From assembly GCA_963727485.1 (NCBI GenBank), contig CAVSGM010000002.1, forward strand, positions 192,001 through 256,000: a stretch of 64,000 bases of DNA, written 5' to 3'. A program made the translations under genes and the position numbers. The notes under the pieces are model-generated. The model searched no databases, had not been told where the DNA came from, and saw only the letters and a list, made by a program, of their open reading frames with translations. This DNA comes from an uncultured delta proteobacterium. Lineage in GTDB: Bacteria; Myxococcota; Myxococcia; SLRQ01. Of the stretch, positions 14,892-27,179 are shown piece after piece (positions within the stretch are counted from its first letter, which is position 1; each line of letters begins with the position of its first letter).

Positions 14892-17398
14892 GTGCCCGGA
14901 TCGGAGCTCGCGGGCCTCATCGGCCCCCTCCGGTTCGCGAGCCGGAACGACTTCGCCGGGGTGGAGCGGCTCCGGGGCTTCGAGGCCCTGGTGCGGGCCC
15001 GGGTCGAGGCGGCCCGGCGTGCCGGCGAGGCCGACGCGGCCCTCCTCGAGGCGCTCACCGAGGGGGTGAGGGGCTTCGACGGCAAGGATGCCGCGGCCCG
15101 GGAGGCGGTGGTCCGGGAGGTGGTGGCGCTCCTGGGGCGACACCTGGCGCTGCCGGCGGAGCTGGGCGCGCTGGCAGGGCAGGGGGCCGCGGCGCCCGCG
15201 AAGGCGGCGGTGGGGCCGAGGCCAACAGCGCCCGCGAAGCTCGCACCGCCCGCGTCCGCGTCCCACGCCCCGCACCTGGCCCGGGACGCCAGCCACGCCG
15301 GCGACGCCGCCCTCGCCGCCGCCGTCTCCACCCTCCCGGGGGTGGGGCCGAGCCGGGCCCACGCCTTCGAGGCCCGGGGGGTGGCCACGGTCGCCGACGC
15401 CCTCTGGTTCCTCCCGGTCTCCTGGGAGCGCCGGGTCCACGCCGGCCGCATCGCCGACCTGACCCACGGCACCAAGGCCGTCGTCGCCGGCACCGTGGAG
15501 ACCGCCGGCGAGCGCTTCCTCGGGGCGCGGCACCGGAAGGTCTTCGAGGCCCTGGTCACCGACGGCACCGGCCGGGTCCGGGTGCGCTACTACCATCGCG
15601 CCGGGTGGGTGGCCCGCCGGCTCACCTCGGGCGCCCAGGTGGTCCTCTCGGGGCCGGTGCGCAAGGGCTACGGAGGTCTCCTGGAGATGGCGCACCCGGA
15701 GCTCCTCGAGCCCGAGGCCGTGGACGGAGACGAGGCCGACGAGGTGATCCCCCGCTACCCCGAGGTCGAGGGCGTGCCGCCGCGGACGGTGCGCCGGGCG
15801 GTCGCCGCGGCGGTGGTCCACGCCGACGCCCTCCCCGATCCCCTGCCCCCGGAGGTGGTGGCGCACCGGGGCCTGATGACCCCCGGGGCCGCGCTCCGGG
15901 GTCTGCACCTGCCCCCGCCCGGGACCCCGGTGGCGGCGCTCAACGAGGGGCGCACCGACGCCCACCATCGCCTGGTCTACGAGGAGTTCTTCTTCCTCCA
16001 GCTCGGCCTGGCCCTGAAGGCCCGGGGGGTGAAGCTCGCACGGGGCATCGCCTTCCCGGTGGGGCCCGCGGAGGTGGAGGCGGCCCTGGAGGCGCTGCCC
16101 TGGCCTCCGACCGGGGCCCAGGGTCGGGTGGTCGAGGAGATCGCCGCCGACATGGCCCGGGCCCAGCCCATGAACCGCCTCCTCCAGGGCGACGTGGGCT
16201 CGGGGAAGACCGCCGTCGCCGCGGTGGCGCTCTCGCTCGCCGTGGGCGCCGGGTGGCAGGGGGCGGTGATGGCGCCCACCGAGCTCCTCGCCGAGCAGCA
16301 CGCCGCCACCCTCACCGGGCTCCTGGCGCCTAGGGGATCCGGGTGGTCCGCCTCTCCGGGAGCCTCGGGGCCGCCGCGCGGCGCCAGGTCCTCGCCGCCA
16401 TCGCCGCTGGGGAGGCCCAGGTCGTCGTCGGGACCCACGCCCTGATCCAGCAGGGCGTCGAGTTCCACCGCCTGGGCCTGGTGGTGGTCGACGAGCAGCA
16501 CCGCTTCGGGGTGCGCCAGCGCATGGAGCTGATGGAGAAGGGGACCCGCCCGGACGTCCTGGTGATGACCGCGACCCCCATCCCCCGGACCCTCGCCATG
16601 ACCGCCTACGGCGACCTGGATCTCTCGGTCCTCGACGAGATGCCCCCCGGGAGGACGCCGGTCGCCACCAAGCTCTACCGGGCCCAGGCGCGAGAGAAGG
16701 TCTACGACGTCATCCGCCGGGAGGTCGGCAAGGGCCACCAAGCCTACGTGGTCTACCCCTTGGTGGAGGTGAGCGAGAACCTCGAGGACGTCCAGGCCGC
16801 CACCGAGGCGGTGGCCCACCTCCAGGCCGAGGTGTTCCCGGAGCTGACCCTCGGTCTCCTCCACGGGAAGATGCCGCCGGCGGAGAAGGACCAGGTCATG
16901 GGCGCGTTCGCCGCCGGGCGCGTCGACGTCCTGGTGGCCACCACGGTCATCGAGGTGGGGATCGACGTCCCCAACGCCTCGGTGATGGTCGTCGAGCACG
17001 CCGAGCGCTTCGGCCTCTCCCAGCTCCACCAGCTCCGGGGCCGGGTGGGGCGGGGCGCCGCCAGGAGCTACTGCCTCCTGGTCGCCGAGGAGGTGAAGGG
17101 TGAGCGGGTGCGGGAGCGCCTCCGGGTCATGGAGGCGACCACCGACGGCTTCCGCATCGCCGAGGAGGACCTGCGCATCCGGGGCCCCGGGGAGATCCTG
17201 GGGACGCGCCAGAGCGGGCACCCGGACCTCCTCTTCGGGAACCTGGCCCGGGACCGGGCGCTCCTCGCCCAGGCCCGGGGCGACGCCTTCGCCCTCATCG
17301 AGGCCGACCCCCACCTCCAGGCCCCGGGACACCACCGGGCGCGGATCGAGGTGGTGGCGCGGTGGGGCGGGCGGATCTCGTTGGGGCAGGTGGGCTGA
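14892..17398 (+). CDS. recG: ATP-dependent DNA helicase RecG (frameshift near 16335)
   Basis: MNRLLQGDVGSGKT, VVDEQHRFGV, MTATPIPRTLA, ERFGLSQLHQLRGRVGRG and TRG motif. Confidence 0.95.
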
Positions 17399-17427
17399 AG
17401 GGCGCCGCCGCTGGTAGAGTGGGCGCC

Positions 17428-17814
17428 GTGATCACCTGTCCCGTCTGCGAGCATCCCCAGGCCCAGGGCACCGAGTGCGACGTCTGCGGCCGTCGCTTCC
17501 CCTCGGACCTGGTCCAGTCCGCCGGCCACGTCGATCCGCCCGCCGAGGTGGTCCCCGGCCTCGAGCTCACGGCGGTGGTGGCCCCCTCGGCGCCGACCCC
17601 GGCCCTGGCCGCCAACGCCCCCTGCGTCTGGTGCGGCCACGTCCAGGCCGAGGGCCGGATTCTGCGACCGCTGCGGGATGCAGCGCCACCGGGGAGAGCG
17701 CCTCGAGACGTCCGCGGCGGCCCCTGGCGACGAGGCGCCCGTGTGCCCCGAGTGCGGCCACCCCGCCGAAGGGACGCGGTGCCGCAACTGCGGGGGCCGG
17801 CTCCCGGAGGGCGC

Positions 17815-17818
<4 letters not shown>
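17428..17818 (+). CDS. Small multi-zinc-ribbon protein (frameshift near 17660)
   Basis: CPVC, CDVC and CVWC in the first frame; CDRC, CPEC and CRNC in the +1 frame, ending at TGA overlapping the thrC start. Confidence 0.7.
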
Positions 17819-19134
<1,316 letters not shown>

Positions 19135-19971
19135 TCGGCGCCGGGTCGGGATTCCGCTTCGGGAACCTGGGGGTAGGGCGACAGCCTCGCGTGTCACGTG
19201 ATGGGTGTTCGGTATGTCCGGTCGTCACCGGACGCCGGGTGTGGCGTGCGGCGACGCCGGAGGACGCTGCGGGGGCACCGGCGCCGGCGCGGGCGATCAT
19301 CGTGCCGGCGGACGCCCCTTCCCCGATCCCCGGCCGACGGGATCGCGGCCGACGGACCGGACGCCGGGTCTCCGCCGTGGACCCCTTCGGGCACCACGTG
19401 AGCGACGCCGCACAAGCCACGATTTCGTCGTGGAAATCACCCTCGGGGCGAGGGGGTGTCGAGGGGGCCGCCACGCGCTGTCGGCGACGGGACGGGTGCC
19501 CCCCCTGTCGCAGCGGACGGGCGGCGCCACGGTGGCGTCACCCGTGGGGGCCCACAACGCCGGGGTGCATCTCGACCCACATTTCAAAGCACGAGAACGT
19601 GCTCCTCGCCGTCGTGACGCGGCGCACCCGATCACTTCGCGTCACCGGTTCGACACCGCCCGCACCGCGTCTGCGCGCTGTCGTGCCCATTTTTCGCGGG
19701 CTGAAATGCGGTCGCTTGACGGGTCGGATCCGAGCGTGCTTGTGTGGCCGACGCTTTGAGGTCACGAGGGGGCAATCGTCGGATGCAGGATGGGGCAACG
19801 TCGCCTTTGGCGGCGTCCGGCGGGGGCCACCGAAGGGCCGAGGGGCAGCGGTCGTGCGGGGGGCGTGCGACACGCTAGGGCTGTGCCGCAACGTGCAGGT
19901 GCGGTCCCCGTGATTCCTGATCCTGTTCCCGTTCCAGTTCCTGTTGCAGCGGAAGTTCCCGGAGGTCGGTC

Positions 19972-22900
19972 ATGCGCATCACCCGTCGGTTCACGGTCGA
20001 GGGGGGCTCGCCCTACGACGCGTTCGAGTTCGTCGCGCGTACCAGCGAGATCCGCGATCCAGGCGGCAAGGTCGTCTTCCGGGCCGAGGACGTCCTGGTC
20101 CCCGAGCACTGGTCGCAGGTGGCCACCGACATCCTGGCCCAGAAGTACCTGCGCAAGGCCGGCGTCCCCGCGGTGGTGAAGCCCGTCGCCGAGAAGGGCG
20201 TCCCCAGGTGGCTCCAGCGCCGGGCGCCCGATGCCAAGGCCCTCGAGGCCCTCCCCGAGGCCGAGCGCCTCGGCCCCGAGCGCGACGCCCGGCAGGCCTT
20301 CGACCGCCTCGCCGGCACCTGGACCTACTGGGGCCACAAGCACGGGTACTTCGACGGCGAGGACGACGCCCAGGCCTTCTACGACGAGCTGCGGTGGATG
20401 CTGGCGCGGCAGATGTGCGCCCCCAACTCGCCCCAGTGGTTCAACACCGGCCTCCACTGGGCCTACGGCATCGACGGGCCGCCCCAGGGCCACTGGTACG
20501 CCGACCCCAAGACCGGCGAGCTCAAGCGCTCCGAGAGCGCCTACGAGCACCCCCAGCCCCACGCCTGCTTCATCCAGTCCGTCGGCGACGACCTGGTGAG
20601 CGAGGGGGGCATCATGGACCTGTGGACCCGGGAGGCGCGCCTGTTCAAGTACGGCTCCGGGACCGGGACCAACTTCTCGGCGCTCCGGGGCGAGGGCGAG
20701 CCGCTCTCCGGCGGCGGGCGCAGCAGCGGCCTGATGAGCTTCCTCAAGATCGGCGACCGCGCCGCCGGGGCCATCAAGAGCGGCGGCACCACCCGCCGGG
20801 CCGCCAAGATGGTCTGCCTCGACCTCGACCACCCGGACATCGAGCAGTTCGTGGACTGGAAGGTCAACGAGGAGCAGAAGGTCGCCGCCCTGGTGGCCGG
20901 CTCCAAGGCCTGCTCGGTGAACCTCACCGCGGTCATGGCCGCCTGCCACACCGACACCGTCGCCGGCGACGACCGCTTCGATCCCGAGGCCAACGCGGTC
21001 CTCAAGGACGCCGTCCGCGCCGCCCGGAAGGCGTACGTCCCCGCCGCCTACATCCAGCGCTGCATCCAGCTCGCCCGCCAGGGCTTCAGCGGGGTGGAGT
21101 TCCCGGTCTACGACACCGACTGGCAGTCCGAGGCCTACGTCACCGTCGCCGGCCAGAACTCCAACAACTCGGTGCGCATCCCCGACGCCTTCATGAAGGC
21201 GGTCCTCGAGGACGGCAAGTGGGTCCTCACCCGGCGCACCGACGGCAAGGCGGCCAAGACCCTCGAGGCGCGCGACCTCTGGGAGCGCATCGCCTCGGCG
21301 GCCTGGAGCTGCGCCGACCCGGGCCTCCAGTTCGACTCCACCATCAACGCCTGGCACACCTGCCGCCCCGACGGGCGGATCAAGGCGTCGAACCCCTGCT
21401 CCGAGTACATGTTCCTCGACGACACGGCCTGCAACCTGGCGTCGGTGAACCTCATGACCCTGGTCGACGCCGAGGGCAACTTCGACGTCGAGGGGTTCCG
21501 CCACGCCATCGAGGTGTGGACGGTGGTCCTCGAGGTCAGCGTCCTCATGGCCCAGTACCCGAGCCGGGCCATCGCCGAGCGCTCCTACTGGTACCGGACC
21601 CTGGGGCTCGGCTACGCCAACCTCGGCGCGGTGCTCATGCGCCTCGGGCTCCCCTACGACAGCGACGCCGGCCGGGCCTTCTGCGGGGCGGTGAGCGCCG
21701 TCCTCACCGGCACCGCCTACGCCACCAGCGCCCGGATGGCCGCCGAGCTCGGGGCCTTCCCCCGCTACGACGACAACGCCGAGGCGATGCTCCGGGTCAT
21801 CCGCAACCACCGGCGCGCCGCCTACGCCGCCGCCGACGCCGACTACGAGGACCTCGAGGTTCCGCCGGTGGGCCTCGACGCCCGCCGCGCCCCCAAGGCG
21901 CTCCTCTCCGCCGCGCGCAACGCCTGGGACGAGGCCCTCGAGCTCGGCGAGGCCCACGGCTTCCGCAACGCCCAGGCCACCGTGATCGCCCCCACCGGGA
22001 CCATCGGCCTGGTGATGGACTGCGACACCACCGGCATCGAGCCCGACTTCGCCCTGGTGAAGTTCAAGAAGCTCGCCGGCGGCGGGTACTTCAAGATCAT
22101 CAACCAGTCGGTGCCCCCGGCCCTCACGCGCCTCGGGTACTCCGACGCCCAGGTCGCCGACATCGTCGCCTACGTGAAGGGCACCGGCACCCTGAAGGGC
22201 GCCCCGGGGGTGAGCCAGGCCGCCCTCAAGGAGAAGGGCTTCACCGACGCCGACCTCGCCCGGGTCGACCAGGCCCTGGCGTCGGCCTTCGACATCACCT
22301 TCGCCTTCAACCGCTGGACCCTCGGCGACGCGCTGGTCACCGGCCGCCTCGGCGTCCCCGAGGACGAGCTGGCCCGGCCCGACTTCGACCTCCTCGCCTG
22401 GCTCGGCTTCGAGGCCGAGGACGTCCGGGCCGCCTCGGACCACGCCTGTGGGACCATGACCATCGAGGGGGCGCCGCACCTCGACGAGGCGCACCTGCCC
22501 ATCTTCGACTGCGCCAACCGGTGCGGCCGCTACGGCAAGCGCTTCATCGCCGCCGACGCGCACATCAAGATGATGTCCGTGGCCCAGCCGTTCATCTCCG
22601 GCGCCATCAGCAAGACCATCAACATGCCCGCCGAGGCCAGCGTCGAGGACGTGAAGCACGGCTACCTGCTGTCCTGGCGCCTGGGGCTCAAGGCCATCGC
22701 CCTCTACCGCGACGGCTCCAAGCTCTCCCAGCCCCTCTCGGCCACCTGGGCCCTCGAGGACGTGGACGACGAGGCGCTCCCGGTGGCGGCCGTGGCCTCG
22801 CCCGAGGAGGCCGCCGAGCGCATCGTCCTACGCTACCTCGCCCGGCGCCACCGCCTCCCACACCGGCGCGGCGGCTACACCCAGAAGGCCATCGTGGGCG

Positions 22901-23592
22901 CCCACAAGGTCTACCTGCGCACCGGCGAGTACCAGGACGGGCAGCTCGGCGAGGTGTTCATCGACATGCACAAGGAGGGCGCCGCCTTCCGGAGCCTGAT
23001 GAACTCCTTCGCCATCGCCGTGAGCCTCGGCCTCCAGTACGGCGTGCCCCTCGAGGAGTTCGTCGAGGCCTTCGTCTTCAGCCGCTTCGAGCCCAACGGC
23101 ATCGTCGAGGGCAACGACCGGATCAAGATGGCCACCAGCGTCATCGACTACATCTTCCGGGAGCTGGCGGTGACCTACCTCGGGCGCAACGACCTGGCCC
23201 ACGTCCAGGAGGAGGACCTGCGCCACGACGCCATCCACCGCGCCGAGGCCGAGCCCGAATACGAGGAGGAGGTCGTCCTCGAGGCGGGCGGGGCCCCGAT
23301 CCCCATCCGCCACGCCCGGGCCTCCGAGGTCGTCGCCAGCGCGGTGGCCGGCGGGGCCACCCAGGTGGCGGCCGCGGGGAGCCAGGTGGCGGCCGGGGGG
23401 AGCCAGGTCCGGGCCGTCTCCGGGGGCCGGCGCGTGGCACCTCGGGGCGGCCAGCGCCTGGACGCCATCGCCGTGGCCCGGGCCCAGGGCTACGAAGGCG
23501 AGCCCTGCTCCGAGTGTGGCCAGATGACCATGGTCCGCAACGGCACCTGCCTCAAGTGCGTGAGCTGCGGCTCGACCTCGGGCTGCAGCTGA
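19972..23592 (+). CDS. nrdJ: Vitamin B12-dependent (class II) ribonucleotide reductase
   Basis: [49 protein letters not shown]-type C-terminal domain, terminal CSEC/CVSC..GCS. Confidence 0.95.
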   Translation: MRITRRFTVEGGSPYDAFEFVARTSEIRDPGGKVVFRAEDVLVPEHWSQVATDILAQKYLRKAGVPAVVKPVAEKGVPRWLQRRAPDAKALEALPEAERLGPERDARQAFDRLAGTWTYWGHKHGYFDGEDDAQAFYDELRWMLARQMCAPNSPQWFNTGLHWAYGIDGPPQGHWYADPKTGELKRSESAYEHPQPHACFIQSVGDDLVSEGGIMDLWTREARLFKYGSGTGTNFSALRGEGEPLSGGGRSSGLMSFLKIGDRAAGAIKSGGTTRRAAKMVCLDLDHPDIEQFVDWKVNEEQKVAALVAGSKACSVNLTAVMAACHTDTVAGDDRFDPEANAVLKDAVRAARKAYVPAAYIQRCIQLARQGFSGVEFPVYDTDWQSEAYVTVAGQNSNNSVRIPDAFMKAVLEDGKWVLTRRTDGKAAKTLEARDLWERIASAAWSCADPGLQFDSTINAWHTCRPDGRIKASNPCSEYMFLDDTACNLASVNLMTLVDAEGNFDVEGFRHAIEVWTVVLEVSVLMAQYPSRAIAERSYWYRTLGLGYANLGAVLMRLGLPYDSDAGRAFCGAVSAVLTGTAYATSARMAAELGAFPRYDDNAEAMLRVIRNHRRAAYAAADADYEDLEVPPVGLDARRAPKALLSAARNAWDEALELGEAHGFRNAQATVIAPTGTIGLVMDCDTTGIEPDFALVKFKKLAGGGYFKIINQSVPPALTRLGYSDAQVADIVAYVKGTGTLKGAPGVSQAALKEKGFTDADLARVDQALASAFDITFAFNRWTLGDALVTGRLGVPEDELARPDFDLLAWLGFEAEDVRAASDHACGTMTIEGAPHLDEAHLPIFDCANRCGRYGKRFIAADAHIKMMSVAQPFISGAISKTINMPAEASVEDVKHGYLLSWRLGLKAIALYRDGSKLSQPLSATWALEDVDDEALPVAAVASPEEAAERIVLRYLARRHRLPHRRGGYTQKAIVGAHKVYLRTGEYQDGQLGEVFIDMHKEGAAFRSLMNSFAIAVSLGLQYGVPLEEFVEAFVFSRFEPNGIVEGNDRIKMATSVIDYIFRELAVTYLGRNDLAHVQEEDLRHDAIHRAEAEPEYEEEVVLEAGGAPIPIRHARASEVVASAVAGGATQVAAAGSQVAAGGSQVRAVSGGRRVAPRGGQRLDAIAVARAQGYEGEPCSECGQMTMVRNGTCLKCVSCGSTSGCS
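23360..23410 (+). repeat. About 2.5 tandem copies of a 21-nt unit in the nrdJ linker ([16 protein letters not shown])
   Basis: CCAGGTGGCGGCCGCGGGGAG, CCAGGTGGCGGCCGGGGGGAG, CCAGGT. Confidence 0.7.
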
Positions 23593-23666
23593 CGCGCGCC
23601 GGTCGTCTCCACCGGTCGCCGGGCGCCGTTGCGACCTGGCGACCGGTGCACTAGCATCCGCCGCCC

Positions 23667-24465
23667 ATGGCCGACGACAGACCCCGGATCCGCGTGGAGC
23701 GCCGCCACCAGGGCAAGGTCGCCCTGGTGGTCGTCGATTGCCCCGAGGTCCACAACGCCCTGGACCTGGCGGCCATGGACCAGCTCGCCGCCGCGGTCGC
23801 CGGGCTCGGCCGGGACGGCGACCTGTTGGCGGTGGTGGTCACCGGCGCCGGCGAGAAGGCCTTCGTCTCCGGGGGTGATTCTCAAGGACCTCCACGGGGT
23901 CCGGGAGCACGCCGCCGCCCTGCGCATGGCCGAGACCATGGGCGGGGCGCTCGCGGGCCTCTCGGCCCTCCCGGTGCCGGTCATCGCCGCGGTCAACGGC
24001 CACGCCTTCGGCGGCGGGTGCGAGCTCGCCGTGGCCTGCGACTACCGGATCGCCGGCGACCACGTGCGCTTCGGGTTCCGGGCGGTGAAGTTCGGGGTCA
24101 TGGGCGGGTGGGGCGGCACCACCCGGCTCCTGCGGATCATCGGCCGCTCCCGGGCGCTGAAGCTCCTGGTCACCGGCGAGGACCTCGACGCCGCCACCGC
24201 CCTGGACATCGGCCTCGTCGACGAGGTGGTCCCCCAGGGCGCGGTCCTCGAGCGGGCGCTGGCCTTCGCCTCGGAGATTGCCGCCGGCTCGCCGCTGGCG
24301 GTCAGGGCCACCAAGGAGGCCCTCCACGCCGCCGAGGACCTCGACTTCGACGACGCCCGGGCCCTGGAGGCCGAGCGCTTCGCCGAGACCTGGGTGAGCG
24401 AGGACCACGCCGAGGCCCTGGCCGCCTTCCGCGCCGGAAGGCCCCCGAAGTGGCGGGGGCGGTGA
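23667..24465 (+). CDS. Enoyl-CoA hydratase/isomerase family protein (frameshift near 23880)
   Basis: HNAL..TGAGEKAFVSGGD then PVIAAVNGHAFGGGCELAVACDYR. Confidence 0.9.
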
Positions 24466-25094
24466 TGGCGAGGCGGGGACGCTTCATCGCCCTCGAGGGC
24501 CTCGACGGGGCCGGGACCACCACCCAGGCCGCCCTCCTCGTCGAGCGGCTCCGGGCCGCGGGCCGGGAGGCCCACCTCACCCGGGAGCCCTCCGACGGCC
24601 CCCTGGGGGTGCTCATCCGCCAGATCCTCAAGGGGCGCCTGGTCGCCGCCGGGGCCCAGCCGGTGGACGCCGCGGCGGTGGCGCTCCTCTTCGCCGCCGA
24701 CCGCCTGGAGCACCTCCAGAGCGAGATTGTCCCCCGCCTCGCCGCCGGGGTGGACGTGGTCTCGGACCGGTACCTGGCAAGCTCGCTGGCCTACCAGGGC
24801 GCCGAGCTCGACCTCGCCTGGGTCGCCGGGATCAACGCCCGGGCCCGGGCCCCGGACGTCACCGTCTTCCTCGAGGTCACGCCCAGGGTGGCCGCCGCCC
24901 GGCGCACCGCCCGGGGCCAGGACGCCGAGCGCTTCGAGGCCACGGCCCTCCAGCGGAAGATCCACCGCACCTACGAGAAGGTGCTGGCGGCCGGCGAGGG
25001 GGTGGGGCGCCTGGTGCGGATCGACGGCGCCCTCGACGTCGACGCCGTCGCCGAGGCGGTGTGGGCGGGGGTGAAGCCCGGCAGGGGTCGGTGA
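24465..25094 (+). CDS. tmk: Thymidylate kinase
   Basis: FIALEGLDGAGTTTQ, TREPS, LLFAADR and SDRYLASSLAYQG. Confidence 0.93.
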   Translation: MARRGRFIALEGLDGAGTTTQAALLVERLRAAGREAHLTREPSDGPLGVLIRQILKGRLVAAGAQPVDAAAVALLFAADRLEHLQSEIVPRLAAGVDVVSDRYLASSLAYQGAELDLAWVAGINARARAPDVTVFLEVTPRVAAARRTARGQDAERFEATALQRKIHRTYEKVLAAGEGVGRLVRIDGALDVDAVAEAVWAGVKPGRGR

Positions 25095-25123
25095 TCCGCG
25101 CCGGTTGCGCTATGCTCCCGCGG

Positions 25124-26519
25124 ATGCGCCGATTCGCACTGCTGGCTGTCGCCCCGATCCTCGTCCTCGCTGCCTGCGGCCCCGTGCCGCCCGGGGGCGG
25201 TACCGACGGAGGCACGCCCGCCGCCCAGGTCGATCCCCGAATCCAGGCGCTGTGGGATCACCCGGCGGCCTGCGGGATGGCCGACTACCACTGGCTCCAC
25301 GATCCCCGCATCGGCACGGTGGTGGGCTACCAGCCGGCGAACCCCGACCACATCAGCACCAGTGACCTGGAGTCGGTGCTCGGGCAGGTCGGCTTCAAGG
25401 TCGGCCGGCCCTTCGACTACGACGTGAAGATCTACCGCTACCGGTACTGGACCCAGGACCGCGGGCAGATGGTCCAGGCCACCGGGCTCTTCGCCGTGCC
25501 CCAGGTGGGCGGGAACGCCGACCAGGCGTTCCCCATGGTCCTCTACCTCCACGGGACCTCGGGCTTCAACGACGACTGCGCCCCCTCCCGGGATCTCCTC
25601 GGGGGCGTTGCAGGTCGCGGCCCTGGCGTCCTTCGGGTACGTCGTCAGCGCCCCCGACTACCTGGGGATGGACGGCTGGGGCGCCCCCTCGACCCAGATG
25701 CACCCCTACCTGGTCGCCGAGCCCACGGCCATCGCCAGCCTCGACGCCCTCCGGGCGGGCCGGCGGATGCTCCAGATGGGCCTCGGGGGCAAGGCCACCG
25801 CCGTGCCCCACAAGTACATGATCCTCGGCGGCTCCCAGGGGGGCCACGCGGCGCTGTTCACCTCCCGGTACTCGCCCTACTACGCGCCGGAGGAGAAGCT
25901 CGTCGCCGTCGCCGCCTCGGTGCCCCCCGCCGACCTCGTCGACGAGGCGGCGCGCGCGGCCCAGCAGCTGGTGTCCGCCTCGGGCAACACCGCGGCGGCC
26001 ATCGTGGGCTACTCGGACTGGTACGGCCTGGACATCTCCAGCGCCCTGATGCCCCCCTACGACACCGAGCTGCCCCCGGCGATGTCCCACGGCTGCCAGC
26101 TCTCGGGCATCGATCCCGTCCCCACCTCGGTGGACCAGGTCTTCACCCAGGGCTTCCGCGACGCCGCCGCCGCGGGCTTCCCCGACACCCCCGACGACAC
26201 CTGGGGCTGCCTGCTCCGGCAGAACAGCCTCACCTCCACGCCCATCGCCCGCCTCCAGACCGTCCCCACCTTCTGGGAGCTCTCCGAGGACGACACCCTG
26301 GTGAACACGCCCATCGAGCAGAAGAGCTTCGACACCCTCTGCGCCCAGGGCATGAAGATCCAGTACCTGGAGTGCGCCGGGGTGGGGCACACCGGCGGCG
26401 CCATCGGCTCCATCGCCGAGCAGACCCACTTCCTCGACGACCGGTGGGCCGGCAAGCCCTGGCCCGCGGCCGACATCTGCCACCGGACCGCCCCGGTGGT
26501 CTGCTCCGGGAACAAGTAG
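25124..26519 (+). CDS. Lipoprotein of the secretory lipase-like alpha/beta hydrolase fold (frameshift near 25605)
   Basis: Lipobox VLAAC, YLHGTSG, APDYLG, nucleophile elbow GGSQGG, late His (GVGHTG). Confidence 0.8.
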
Positions 26520-26545
26520 GGCGCGGGGCCGGGGGCGACCGGGCC

Positions 26546-27067
26546 TCAGGGCCCGGCGCGGAGGGCGGGCAGCGCCGCCGCGCCGGCGTGCGCGAACCGG
26601 GCGCAGGCGGACTGCCTCGGCGCCAGGCGCACCAGGAGCAGGAGGCACCCGGCGGCGATGGCCAGGTTTGGCCAGTGCCCCTGCACCGCGTAGACCACCG
26701 CGTCGAAGGCCCCCGCGGCGAAGATCAGGCCCCAGGGGATCGAGAGCCGCGCCCCGTAGGCGAGGACCAGCCGCGCGCCATCGCCGAGCTCCGGGGCGCC
26801 GGCGGGCCAGGTGCCATGGGCGATCTTGTAGAGGAGCCCGCGGCGGTAGGGCCCCCACACCAGGGCGGCGGTGAACAGGAAGGTCGCCGCCACCACCACG
26901 CCCGCGGGGACGATGAGGCCGATCTTGGGGTTGGCGGCCGGGGGCGCGAGGGCCTGGAGGGCGCCGGCGGCGGCGACCCCGACCCCGAGGAGGCCGGTGA
27001 GGATGCCATGGCGCCACCGCTGGCGCGGCGGGACCCGGACGGTCGGCAGTGGGGTGGGATCGGCCAT
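26546..27067 (-). CDS. Hypothetical membrane protein (about 4 TM helices)
   Basis: ATG at 27067 and four hydrophobic segments. Confidence 0.65.
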   Translation of the reverse strand: MADPTPLPTVRVPPRQRWRHGILTGLLGVGVAAAGALQALAPPAANPKIGLIVPAGVVVAATFLFTAALVWGPYRRGLLYKIAHGTWPAGAPELGDGARLVLAYGARLSIPWGLIFAAGAFDAVVYAVQGHWPNLAIAAGCLLLLVRLAPRQSACARFAHAGAAALPALRAGP

Positions 27068-27179
27068 GAAGCTCGCGGCGCGGCAGGGTAGCACTTCCGA
27101 CCGGGCGGCACCCGATGGTTTCGAGGCGGGCTGCCTGCTACCATCAGATTTTGCCCGGGGCGACCCCGCGTCGAATCGC

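Noticed and set aside
19135..19971. Cobalamin riboswitch or tandem NrdR boxes before nrdJ
   Set aside because: No riboswitch core seen; only one weak NrdR-like match (CCACAACGCCGGGGTG near 19552)
19972..23592. Intein or intron in nrdJ
   Set aside because: Continuous ORF of normal length with no splicing or LAGLIDADG motifs
23667..25094. Enoyl-CoA hydratase-thymidylate kinase fusion suggested by the ORF track
   Set aside because: Artefact of the frameshift near 23880; the corrected hydratase stops at 24465 where tmk starts
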